From positions 14,654,101 through 14,718,100 of the forward strand of contig NC_092677.1 in the NCBI RefSeq assembly GCF_964355755.1: a stretch of DNA of 64,000 bases, read 5' to 3'. Position numbers and translations under genes: made by a program. The notes beneath the pieces were generated by a model. It made no database searches. It saw nothing but the letters and a program-made list of their open reading frames with translations, and was not told the DNA's origin. The first letter of the stretch is position 1, and every line of letters begins with the position of its first letter. Source of the DNA: Antedon mediterranea (lineage: Eukaryota > Animalia > Echinodermata). Positions 1-10,523 of the stretch are shown here, in pieces.

Positions 1-1
1 A

Positions 2-3000
2 TTTTATAGCTAAACACTCTTTCTCTATAGTTGCATAATTCTGTTCTCTTGGGAACATCTTACGACTAAGATACAATACTGGATGGTCAGTACCATCAGG
101 ACCTAGTTGACTAAGTACTGCACCTAACCCTCGATCTGACGCATCTGTTTGCAGTATAAACTCTGCATTAAAATCTGGGTTTCGTAACACAGGGTCTGAA
201 CATAACGCCTGTTTTAACTTTACAAGTGCATCTTCGCACTCAGGCGTCCATTTGATTTTATCTGGATGTTTTTTCCCCGTCAGATCAGTTAGAGGTGCTG
301 CAATGTCAGCATAATTAGGAATAAACTTTCGGTAGTATCCTGTCAGGCCAAGAAAAGATTTAACATCCTTCTTAGTTTTAGGTTTTTCCCATTGTACTAC
401 CGCTTCTACCTTAGTCTTTTGAGGACGTATCATTCCCTCTCCAACTACATACCCTAAATAATGCACTTTACTATGTGCGAAACTACATTTTGCAGGTTTG
501 ACTGTCAGATTAGCTTGCTTGAGGGTCTGAAAAATGTCCCTAAGATGATGGATATGACTTTCCCAGTCTGGACTAAATATTACCAGATCATCCATATAAG
601 CTGCTGCATAAGATTCTTTCTTGCGCAACAGTTGATCCATCATTCTTTGAAACGTTGCAGGAGCCCCATGCAAGCCAAATGGTAAATACTTAAATTGATA
701 CAAACCCATTGGTGTTGAAAAAGCTGTATATGGTTTTGACCGTTCAGTTAATGGAACCTGCCAGTAACCTTTACATAAATCTAACTTCGTTATAAATTTA
801 GCAGGACCAACCCTGCCTATTATTTCATCTATTCGAGGCATTGGATATGCATCAAACTTGCTCAAGCTATTCACTTTTTTGTAATTTACGCAAAAGCGAG
901 CTGTACCGTCCGGCTTTGGTACCATGATATAAGGAGAGGACCAGGGACTGTGAGACTCTTCTATTACCCCAAGTTCCAACATAGATTCTATCTCTTCTTT
1001 TACTTTGCCTAACTTAGCCTGAGGAATTGGATAAGCTCTTAATCTAACTGGGTGTACCCCTAGGTTCATTTCAATATCATGCTTTATTACAGTAGTTTTC
1101 CCTGGCTTGTCCTGTAACACTGAGTCAAATTCAGAAAACACCTCCGCTAAATCTGAAAGCTGAGATTCATCTAATCCTTCACCAGAATCTAAGGTTAAAT
1201 TGGAACTAGAAATATTTGACCAAGAAATGTCCTTATCCTGACCCTCGTCTTGTCCAGTTACATCATTTATAGCCAGCATAACCTCAATAGTTCTACGATG
1301 AAATTGTTTTAAAAGATTTATGTGGTAGACTTTTGACTTTTTCCGTTTATCATTAGTTTCCACCTCATAGTTTACTGGACCTAGTTTCCTTAAAACCTTG
1401 TAAGGACCTTGCCATTTTGCCTCTAATGCATCGTTACTAGATGGTAAGAGTAATAGGACTTCATCACCTGGACTAAATTCTCTACAAACAGATTTCTTAT
1501 CATATTTTTGTTTTTGCCTTGTTTGGGATAGTTCAATGTTTTCCTGGACTAGATCTTTCATTGAAGTTAACCTATCTCTCATTTTAACAACGTGTGAAAC
1601 CACACTTTGAGGACCTGTCACCGTGCCTGTCCACATTTCTTTCATTATATCAAGTGGACCTCGTACCTTCCAACCATACAATAATTCAAATGGAGAGAAC
1701 CCAGTTGACTCCTGCGGTACCTCCCTATAAGCAAATAATAGGTATGGAAGCAATTTATCCCATTCTCGGGGATCATCCTGAACAAATTTTCTAATCATAG
1801 CCTTGAGGGTGCCATTAAATCTTTCCACTAATCCATCGGTTTGTGGATGGTAGGGAGAAGTAGTCAAGCCCTTAATTGAAAGTAACTTATAAATTTGACT
1901 CAACAACTTAGAGGTAAAGTTAGAGCCTTGATCGGTTAAAATTTCTGTTGGTACCCCTACCCTGGAAAATAATTTAATCAACTCATCCGCTATCTTTGGA
2001 GCTTCAATACTTCTCAGTGGGATAGCCTCCGGATATCGAGTTGCATAATCACATATAACCAAGACATATTTATTTCCTGTCTTACTCCGTGCTAGTGGAC
2101 CAACAATGTCCATAGCGATTCGGCGGAATGGTTCACTGATTATTGGCATAGGAATCATCGGGGCCTTCAATTTAGTTTTATACTTTGAAGTTTTCTGACA
2201 ATTTTCACAAGTGTTACAATATTCGGTCACATCCTTTCTAATACCAGGCCAAAAGAATCTCTGCTTTATCCTATCTAATGTCTTTTTCCTACCTAAATGA
2301 CCTGCCAAAGGAATATCATGTGAGACTTTCAATACACTATTACGGCAAGGGTATGGAACCACTAATTGCTCTATTGGTTCTGTCTGGTGTTTAGTGAAAA
2401 CCAGCCTAAATAAAATTCCATCCTTACAGACTATCTTTATAGTGTCATCATCTTTCTGTACTAACATCTGTTCTCGAAGTGAAATTAAAGTTCTATCCTT
2501 AACCTGATAATCCTTAATTTTATCTCTGCCAATATCTAAAATGTCTAATTCCCTATCTTGGCTAGATTGAGCTTCCTTTGTTTTTGCAAACTCTTTCCTA
2601 ACTTTTCGTTTCTCACTTCTGGTTTTATGAACTTTTTCCTTGGGAGGGTTGTTACTGAGTAGTTGGCCATCTAAATGTCCAAATTCTTCTTGAAAATTAA
2701 CCACATCATCTAGCTGATGTGAAATAACCCCAGAAGCTTTTTCCGACTTTAATTCGTTTTCCTCTCTTAGTTTTTCTTTTCTAGCATGATCTCTAGTGGC
2801 AACAAAACTATGCCTATCATGATTCTTATCCCCCTTCCCTAATAAGTCTCCAAATTTAGGAAAGTCCCTACCAAGAATTACATCTCTTGGTAAATCGCTG
2901 CAAACGCCAACCAACAAATTATGGTCTTCGTTATTAATCTTAATATTGACGAATGCAGTAGGATAGGCTTGGACATGGTCATGGACGCACCTGCATGTAA

Positions 3001-4339
3001 TTTTAGCTTGCTCCGCGCGATTAATTTTCTTAGCCGCTACTAAATCAGAATGAACAAGTGTCATATCACATCCAGAGTCTATCAAAATTTCACAATCACA
3101 TCCTTCAACTAGGCCTCTACAAATGTAAGGTGTACATGGTTTTGAAACAGTATCTGTCTTTGTCGACAAAAAGCCATCCTTACTTCGACAAAATCGTTCT
3201 ATGTGGCCTACTTTTTTGCACCGTCTACAAACGAGAGGTTGTCTAGCGTCAGATTGTGATTTATGAAAGTTATCAGGGGGATTATTATTACCCTTACTGT
3301 CAACTTCAGGAGTGCCTTTCACTGTTTTCTCCTGGTTGTTTCTATTTTCGTGTTTTCTATTTTGAAACTTTTTCTCAAAATCGATACCTTTTCTAGCTTG
3401 AAAATAATTATCTGCTAATTCTGCAGCATTTAATCCAGAATCTGGTTTATGTTCTTTAACCCAAATTTGTACCCCTGTGGGCATAATATCTATTAATTGC
3501 TCTAAAATAACAATTTCAGCTAAATCATCTTTGCTTTTATCAGCAGGCCTAGCCCACTTAGTAAATAAATCTTTTAACCTAACATACATTTCTCTATAAC
3601 TTTCTTCACTTTTCTTTTTAATTGACCTAAACCTTTGCCTATATGTCTCTTCAGTTATGTCATACCTTTGTAATATTGCTTTCTTCACTATGTCGTACTG
3701 GTTACTTTCTGTCACTGGTAGTGATGCATAGGCCGCTCTTGCTTTGCCTGTCAAATGAGGTATTAGTTTTACTACCCAGTGTTCTTTTCGCCACTCATAG
3801 GTGTTAGCAATTCGTTCAAACGTAGTGAGATAATTTTCAATATCATCACTATCAGAAAGTTTTGCAATCTGAACTTCTTTCAATCTCATCATGTCTTTTA
3901 ATCGTTTCTCCTCACTGTCCTTTTGCTTATCCATTAACGCCATTACTAACGCTTGCTGTTTCTCCATATCTTCCCTACGTAAACGTTCTTGTCTTTCCAT
4001 ATCTTCTTTGCGTAAACGTTCTTGTTTTTCCATATCTTCTTTGCGTAAACGTTCTTGTTGTTCCATCATCTGCTGCATCATAAGATTCTGTTGTTGCATT
4101 TGCTGCTGCATTTGCTGCTGCATTTGCTGCTGCATTTGCTGCTGCATTTGCTGCTGCATCAACAACAAAACATCTTTTGAAGATGAGTCAGCCCCTGTAG
4201 GGTTATGTCCACTGGTTGGTCCAGACTCTTCTGCCTGTTGTTCAGGTTGTATTGACTGAACCGATTCTACCTCAGAATCAGATTCATCGCCGCCGCTGTA
4301 TTCTCTACCGGATCTTGTTGTTGATTGTTTATCAGCCAT
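2..4339 (-). CDS. Gag-Pol polyprotein (Gag with SCAN-like domain and CCHC knuckle, aspartic protease, integrase, reverse transcriptase, RNase H); 1446 codons within the window, 3' end outside
   Basis: Manual translation from ATG 4339 (MADKQSTTRSG...). Motifs: CRRCKKVGHIERFC (~3188-3229), LIDSGC (~3068-3085), H-DIPLAG-H...CENC (~2200-2322), AMDIVGP / TDQGSNF / VERFNGTLK integrase core (~1805-2116), WQGPYKV (~1395-1414), LPFGLHGAP, YMDD (587-598), QTDASDRGLGAVL (~115-152), ending ...EKECLAIK at the window edge. ATG, DSG, TDQG and YMDD are all in the same frame. It is presumably missing from the ORF track because the stop codon lies outside the window. Confidence 0.95.
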   Translation of the reverse strand, partial: MADKQSTTRSGREYSGGDESDSEVESVQSIQPEQQAEESGPTSGHNPTGADSSSKDVLLLMQQQMQQQMQQQMQQQMQQQMQQQNLMMQQMMEQQERLRKEDMEKQERLRKEDMERQERLRREDMEKQQALVMALMDKQKDSEEKRLKDMMRLKEVQIAKLSDSDDIENYLTTFERIANTYEWRKEHWVVKLIPHLTGKARAAYASLPVTESNQYDIVKKAILQRYDITEETYRQRFRSIKKKSEESYREMYVRLKDLFTKWARPADKSKDDLAEIVILEQLIDIMPTGVQIWVKEHKPDSGLNAAELADNYFQARKGIDFEKKFQNRKHENRNNQEKTVKGTPEVDSKGNNNPPDNFHKSQSDARQPLVCRRCKKVGHIERFCRSKDGFLSTKTDTVSKPCTPYICRGLVEGCDCEILIDSGCDMTLVHSDLVAAKKINRAEQAKITCRCVHDHVQAYPTAFVNIKINNEDHNLLVGVCSDLPRDVILGRDFPKFGDLLGKGDKNHDRHSFVATRDHARKEKLREENELKSEKASGVISHQLDDVVNFQEEFGHLDGQLLSNNPPKEKVHKTRSEKRKVRKEFAKTKEAQSSQDRELDILDIGRDKIKDYQVKDRTLISLREQMLVQKDDDTIKIVCKDGILFRLVFTKHQTEPIEQLVVPYPCRNSVLKVSHDIPLAGHLGRKKTLDRIKQRFFWPGIRKDVTEYCNTCENCQKTSKYKTKLKAPMIPMPIISEPFRRIAMDIVGPLARSKTGNKYVLVICDYATRYPEAIPLRSIEAPKIADELIKLFSRVGVPTEILTDQGSNFTSKLLSQIYKLLSIKGLTTSPYHPQTDGLVERFNGTLKAMIRKFVQDDPREWDKLLPYLLFAYREVPQESTGFSPFELLYGWKVRGPLDIMKEMWTGTVTGPQSVVSHVVKMRDRLTSMKDLVQENIELSQTRQKQKYDKKSVCREFSPGDEVLLLLPSSNDALEAKWQGPYKVLRKLGPVNYEVETNDKRKKSKVYHINLLKQFHRRTIEVMLAINDVTGQDEGQDKDISWSNISSSNLTLDSGEGLDESQLSDLAEVFSEFDSVLQDKPGKTTVIKHDIEMNLGVHPVRLRAYPIPQAKLGKVKEEIESMLELGVIEESHSPWSSPYIMVPKPDGTARFCVNYKKVNSLSKFDAYPMPRIDEIIGRVGPAKFITKLDLCKGYWQVPLTERSKPYTAFSTPMGLYQFKYLPFGLHGAPATFQRMMDQLLRKKESYAAAYMDDLVIFSPDWESHIHHLRDIFQTLKQANLTVKPAKCSFAHSKVHYLGYVVGEGMIRPQKTKVEAVVQWEKPKTKKDVKSFLGLTGYYRKFIPNYADIAAPLTDLTGKKHPDKIKWTPECEDALVKLKQALCSDPVLRNPDFNAEFILQTDASDRGLGAVLSQLGPDGTDHPVLYLSRKMFPREQNYATIEKECLAIK

Positions 4340-4654
4340 ATTTTAAATCTGGATTAGGGTCTTGTTACTAGTTAATCGTAGTTACCGAGACGTTCACAAG
4401 TCTACTGTTCCAAATAAAATAATCTACTGTTCTTTAAACAATGTTTGTGTACTTACGATTAAACAAAACGTAGCACCACGGCTTCCGTAAAATATCACAG
4501 TATCGTAAGTACCGCTTCCTCAAAATATCAATAAAGTACACTTGATCCTAAAACAGCCACCAATCTATGGCAAAATACAGTAGATCAAACTGCTACCACA
4601 AAATATCACAACAGTAGATAAATACACAGTTAAGTCGAACAGTAGATCGAAATA

Positions 4655-4698
4655 ACCGCTGCCACCAAATTAGGCTGAACACCGCTGCCACCAAATTA
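4655..4698 (-). promoter_or_regulatory. Duplicated primer-binding site complementary to the tRNA-Leu(AAG/TAG) 3' end
   Basis: TAATTTGGTGGCAGCGGT occurs twice (4681-4698 and 4655-4672) with an 8-nt spacer. TGGTGGCAGCGGT(G) is complementary to ...ACCGCUGCCA-CCA, the 3' end of animal tRNA-Leu(AAG/TAG). Confidence 0.85.
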
Positions 4699-5146
4699 TG
4701 TCACGAACTCCTCTCACGTATGTTTCCGAGCGGTTGAAAATACTTTAGGAACTCCCTTGTGACATAAAAGTATACACACAAAATCCACAAAGTTGTAAAA
4801 TAACTCAAAAACAAAGCTTTAATTTCAATCAACTTCAACTTTCAACAATCCAGTAAGCACTTTAAACAACAGCTTCACAATGACTTTACAATATAACATC
4901 CAACCTCTATTCCAACAACCTTACAATAGTTTACATCCCTTTATATACAAGATGCTCCTATCCTTCTAGATCATTCTTTATACTTCTCATTATTACATGA
5001 TTACAGTTTCTATTAATAGCACTTCTGGAATGTTCTTGATTGTTCTTATTAATTATACATGGTTTATTAAATCAAAACATCTTATTCTAGAATGTTCATG
5101 TAAATACTATGTTACTCTATATGTTAGGGAATGGTAATTTATTACA
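4699..5146 (-). repeat. 5' LTR (~448 bp, TGTAAT...GTGACA)
   Basis: The inner boundary is fixed by ...GTGACA adjacent to the PBS. TATA-like TATATAAAGGG (~4937-4947) and poly(A)-signal-like ATTAAA (~4818-4823) lie on the minus strand. The outer boundary at 5146 is inferred from a TGT start only, since the second LTR is not visible. Confidence 0.7.
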
Positions 5147-7754
5147 AGGGGTGAAATTACTGAATCGTAGTGTAATATCACCAGTAATCTCTTCTGCCTG
5201 ATTATTTATATTTATATTTGCTCTTATTAGTTTAGTTATGATTAACTTTGCTACCAGCTGTGGTTTATTGAATAATTTCTCCAAGTTTGTTTGTTTGGAA
5301 GCTTTAAATTATTCTTAGGAATTTTTTTTTCTGTGTGGTCACATGTTTGAAATATTTTCCTAATTATTTTGTATCTATTTATTCATTATATTACCTGATC
5401 ATTTAATTATTGAATAATTAATTTATTCAATTACTCAGCTGTTTATTTCATCCTTTATTTATCTATTATTTTTCCATCTATTCCAATTATCAATCGATCT
5501 ATCATATTTTCTTATGAATACAGTTTTTTTCTGTTTTCAATCTTCCTTTTTTCTAATAATTAATTCTGATTAGCATAAATCTAATAACATGCATTCTGAA
5601 TAACAAAATAGTTTTTAAAAAAGAATATAATCTGTTTTTTTGACAATATGTTTTTTAAAGTAATTTTGCTGCCCTAGATGATGAAAAAAAAACCAGACAT
5701 TTACATTTACGGGAGATAATCATATTTATATTTTATATAATATTTATTGAGAAGTGAAATACTTAATATAAGGGAAATATCTCACTTAAATGGAATTGGT
5801 GAATACAGCCACTGGTTCAGGAAATGTTTAAAGAAAACTGTAAAAAACATTGAATTTTATAAAAACACCAAGCTCAGGTGTATTGAGTCACATCCATCTT
5901 CTTAGTCACAACATGTTGTCATTTAGATGTTGTGAATTTGTTAATACCTATGTTATGATTGATTCTTTAAAAAGAACAATATATCAATATGGCATGGTAA
6001 GAGAAAAGGAAGATTATTCATACCAAGGTCAACAAAATCATAAATAATGAAATACAAAATGCTCATGTCATTGAAAATGATGTTTCAATAATTTTACTCC
6101 TAACTAAATGTAACGTCTAAGTAAATAAACAATTTGTTTTGATTTAAGAGAATAAAGCAAACAGTTATTTTATTTTATATATAAATTGTGAGTCTATGTC
6201 GATTGAATCTGACGTTTAATTGTACAATTTACTTGTTTTCAATGCTAAAGAATGTATAAAAATATACAGTTAATCTAATTAGCAACATTCAAATGTAAGA
6301 AATGATTTAACAAGTTACACGCAATCATAAGGTGAATACAAATATAGCTTACTTTGAATTGTGAGTTACTCAGTTTTTTGTTTTTTTCAAAAATTTTAAT
6401 TATATTAATATAAATAATAATTTACTGATAAATATTTGACAGACATTTAAACCATAATAAATTGTCATGTGACATTTTTAGTATTCAACTTGAATATACA
6501 CTTGAATTGTAGAATTAAATCATAGTGAATATAAAATGTAACCTTTAAGTAATAATGTAATTATTGCAAACCGAAGAAACAACTGATTCTCATCAGCTAA
6601 CAGGTAAAACAAATCCAATACCTCCAAGCAAAGCCGAAACAAGATAAATTGTTTTCATTTTTCGCCTATCACAACTTGAATTATTCTTATTCGAATTAAA
6701 TCCTGATCCTCTAATGCTTATTTCGTCTCTGAAAGTTCAAATGTAAAACGTTCGCCTCAAAAAACCAATAAACAGACTTATGTTTGACAAAATGAAGGAT
6801 TATATACCCTGTAAGAAAACATAAATAACTGGCGCAGGATTGACTTGCTTGAATGCGATCATCTTAACTGGAATTTCGAAAAAGAATTTCACAACAACAC
6901 TTGGAATGAATAATGACATACTTATATATGTATTTACATTTTTGCAAGGGTTATTTCATGTCAAATTAATAGAGACATGTGATTTTTAAAATATGTATGC
7001 GAGATCTCTTAAATTCCATTCTGTAATGATAATGTATAATAAATAAGGAGATCTATATTTTGTTCTGCTAGCAAGTGCAGTGGTGCAAGAATTCTTTACC
7101 AATAATTCAGTATACTATCAGGCAATATATTTATATAAATTTGTAATACTAAGTTGAGTTATATTGCTGAGAATATTTGCCAAATTAACTCAAGATATAT
7201 ACAATATTGACTTTTATATACTCCTCTCTTGAAATTCTTCGCAATTTTGTTTTGAAAGAAGGTGGTGGAGAGGCATTTGATAATGCATGCTCTGTGGTGT
7301 ATGTTCTAATTGAAAATATTTAATATATAATTGAAATTTCAATGATAGATTAACACATATCTATTCTGATACTGTATATATATATATATATATATATGAC
7401 TAGAAAAATTCATATCTTAGATGAGGAATCTAACTGAGCACCTGTTTTTGAAAGAATGTGAAGATGTACTGTTTTTCGTTTGTTGTCAAGGTGTTGCATA
7501 GTGGGACAGTAAACCTTCCGATACTAAAGAGAAACCTTTATTACTAATCACCACTGTTTACCTTAATTTCATTCACATTAAGCAAAGTACAAATGGCAAT
7601 TATAAGGACATAAAAATGTTTGATGGTTATGAAACTAGGGCTTGTTATTTCATCTCAGAAGTGGTGCAATATTCATTTTGTAGAAAATTCATAGTAGGAT
7701 CAAATTTGGAAGATATACAGCACTCTTATTTGCTCTTTACTATTCATTTCTTTC

Positions 7755-8880
7755 TCCTCCTCCTCAGTCATTTCCCTTCTCAGTCACTCCTCCTTTTCAG
7801 TCACTTTGCCTTTCAAAATTACTCCCTCTTCTCAGTCACTTTCCTTCTCAGTCACTCCTCCTCATTCTCAGTCACTTCTCCATTTTAGTCACTTTTCCTT
7901 TTCAGTCACTTCTCCTTTCTCAGCCATTTCTCCTTTCTCAGTTACTTCTCTTCTTCAGTCACTTCTCCCTTTCAGTCACTTCTCCTTTCTCAGTCACTTC
8001 TCTTTTTTCAGTCACTTCTCCTTTCTCAGTCACTTTTCATTTTTAGTCACTTCTCCTTTTTAGTCACTTTTCTTTTTCAGTCACCTCTCCTTTCTCAGTC
8101 ACCTCTCCTTTATCAGTCACTTCTCCTTTATCAGTCACTTCTCCTTTTTAGTCACTTTTCCTTTCTCAGCCACTTCTCCTTTCTCAGCCACTTCTCTTTT
8201 TCAGTCACTTCTCTTTTTCAGTCACTTTTCCTTTTCAGTCACTTCTTCTTTCTCAGTCACTTCTCCTTTCTCATTCACTTCTCCTTTCTCATTCACTTCT
8301 CCTTTTCTCATTCACTTCTCCTTTCTCATTCACTTCTCCTTTCTCAGTCACTTCTCCTTTCTCATTCACTTCTCCTTTCTCATTCACTTCTCCTTTCTCA
8401 TTCACTTCTCCTTTCTCATTCACTTCTTATTTCTCAGTCACTTCTCCTTTCTCATTCACTTCTCCTTTCTCATTCACTTCTCCTTTCTCATTCACTTCTC
8501 CTTTCTCATTCACTTCTCCTTTCTCATTCACTTCTCCTTTCTCATTCACTTCTCCTTTCTCAGTCACTTCTCCTTTCTCAGTCACTTCTCCTTTCTCATT
8601 CACTTCTCCTTTCTCATTCACTTCTTCTTTCTCAGTCACTTCTCCTTTCTCATTCACTTCTCCTTTCTCATTCACTTCTCCTTTTCTCATTCACTTCTCC
8701 TTTCTCATTCACTTCTCCTTTCTCATTCACTTCTCCTTTCTCATTCACTTCTCCTTTCTCATTCACTTCTCCTTTCTCATTCACTTCTCCTTTCTCATTC
8801 ACTTCTCCTTCTCAGTCACTCCTCCTCAGGCATTCTTCTTTCTCAGTCATTCCTCCGTTTCAGTAACTCATTTTTCTCAG
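7755..8880. repeat. ~18-bp pyrimidine-rich minisatellite (TTTCTCA[G/T]TCACTTCTCC)n, about 60 units
   Basis: Directly visible tandem array, degenerate at both edges and homogeneous at ~8270-8810. Confidence 0.97.
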
Positions 8881-9638
8881 TGAGTCAGCCCATTCCACTC
8901 TTCTCAATTTCAGAAATAAATGAATGGCCTATGCTAAAATAATTGAAAGAAAAGGAAAAGCACTGGTGGATTAAGTGTAATTATATTCCTATGTCTTTTT
9001 TTTCCTCACAGCCTGGAAGCTATAAACATTGGTCACTTTAGCCTCAGAACTCACAACAATTATAACAGTGTTTCGTTACATACTTACCATTGATATATTT
9101 GATCTATGTCCTTCGTAAATATGCGACAGATGTACAAATTCAAAGAATATTGATAGAATTATGCTTCTACTTATCTTATAGTTATGACTTATTGATTTTT
9201 TAATCAGTATTTATTTTAAATTATGCAAAAGTTATATTTTTACCTTACAATGTATAGGCATATCCTCTGGGCTTTGATTAATGATAGGCATTATTCACGT
9301 TCTCTGTTATCCATTTAACACATGTAAATTTTTATACTAATGATTTATTTATGCAAAATCATGTGCTTATCTAGAAATCAATCAAACACAACCCATAACG
9401 CAAAGAATACTTTGTACATTATATGCAAATCCTTGTACAATGAATCGATATACATAGGTGTTGTCTGTTAAGTTTGGTTCCAACTTGGAAACGCACGGGA
9501 ATAAGCACACTGTACGTCTTCATCTGGCAGTATTCACAACTGATTTTGGTTTTGATTGTTTGAATTTAATTCTTATATTATTTTATTTATCTATTTTTGT
9601 TTTTTGTTTTATTTTCACAAGGAGGCTGGTTTGACTCG

Positions 9639-9694
9639 AGTTGACCTATCACAATGCGATGGATCATCAAACTGTTGCTTGTGATTGGTCAACT
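9639..9694. repeat. Short inverted repeat, probable MITE relic
   Basis: AGTTGACCTATCACAA (9639-9654) pairs with TTGTGATTGGTCAACT (9679-9694), 15/16 match. Confidence 0.55.
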
Positions 9695-10388
9695 TACTTG
9701 TTATGGATACGTCGTTGCTTGCTATCCAGTGAGAAGAACTATACTTGAGCAGTGATTAAATATAACTTAGGATTCAATCGGTTATTCATAATCTGTTCTT
9801 CTATCATCTATTCTACCATACATTTTGGGATTCTTCCCACTAATGATAGCGACGATGATAAATCTGTTTTTCTCAGTGACAGTCATACTATAAATGTATT
9901 ATTCTATCTCATTTACAATGTACACGACTTAAATTTAAAATGTCTACATTGTACTGTATATATATTCCTGAAGAATAATTTCATCCTATCTTAAATAAAC
10001 CTGATAGTTTAAGATTTCTTCTCATGCTATTAAACTTATATTAAAAATGTAATACAATATTTTTGTTTTTGTTTAGACTTTATGTACACTATATTGTATT
10101 CATTTGTTGGAATTGTGAATATCTAGAATAAAAGTTGATTTAAATCCTCAAGCCCTACAGTAGGTTCAAGTCATTGGTGGTCGACCACACATGGTTCTGA
10201 TGGCTATAAACAAAACCACATTATTAAATGAAACATAGTAGGGGGCCTTTTATATTCTCTATTAATAACATTTAGGTCCTTATTACCTTCTCATTTGGTC
10301 TGAAAGAAGTTTTTAAATAAGAAAGTTTGTAAATGAGTTATATATATATACATGATAAATCAATTGTGTTGCGTAGCACTGTGTAAAT

Positions 10389-10523
10389 TATATATAAATC
10401 ATACTGTTAAATTATTGAAACAGTGCTCATATTCGGAACATGATCTCATAGTCGCTCAACGCCATTATGGGATGTTTCGAATATGAGCATGTTTCAATAA
10501 TTTAACACTATGATTTATATATA
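10389..10523. mobile_element. Palindromic MITE-like element in a TA context
   Basis: Near-perfect arms of ~52 bp: TATATAAATCATACTGTTAAATTATTGAAACAGTGCTCATATTCGGAACA and TGTTTCGAATATGAGCATGTTTCAATAATTTAACACTATGATTTATATA. Confidence 0.75.

Larger units (their letters stand above)
1..5146 (-). mobile_element. Gmr1-like Gypsy (Ty3/Metaviridae) LTR retrotransposon, 5' portion; runs off the window start
   Basis: LTR-PBS-leader-ORF layout on the minus strand. The RT and RNase H are Gypsy-type, but integrase lies upstream of RT, the known Gmr1-clade arrangement. The 3' LTR and TSD are outside the window. Confidence 0.93.

Noticed and set aside
461-4259. Plus-strand ORFs in the track, including the Cys-rich CCCI repeat ORF at 3891-4259
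   Set aside because: Antisense shadows of the gag-pol frame; CCCI is the reverse complement of MQQQ.
4655-4698. CRISPR array
   Set aside because: Eukaryotic retroelement context, no cas genes, only two exact repeats with an 8-nt spacer, and the repeat is a tRNA PBS.
4699-4764. TGTCAC...GTGACA as a complete 66-bp LTR
   Set aside because: Too short, and it excludes the TATA and poly(A)-like signals further out. More likely a hairpin within U5.
8427-8690. EKGEVN-repeat ORF on the minus strand, and the F/S-rich ORFs at 7616-8063
   Set aside because: Products of the 18-bp minisatellite. 17- and 19-bp units break the frame, and no splice context or non-repetitive coding flank is evident.
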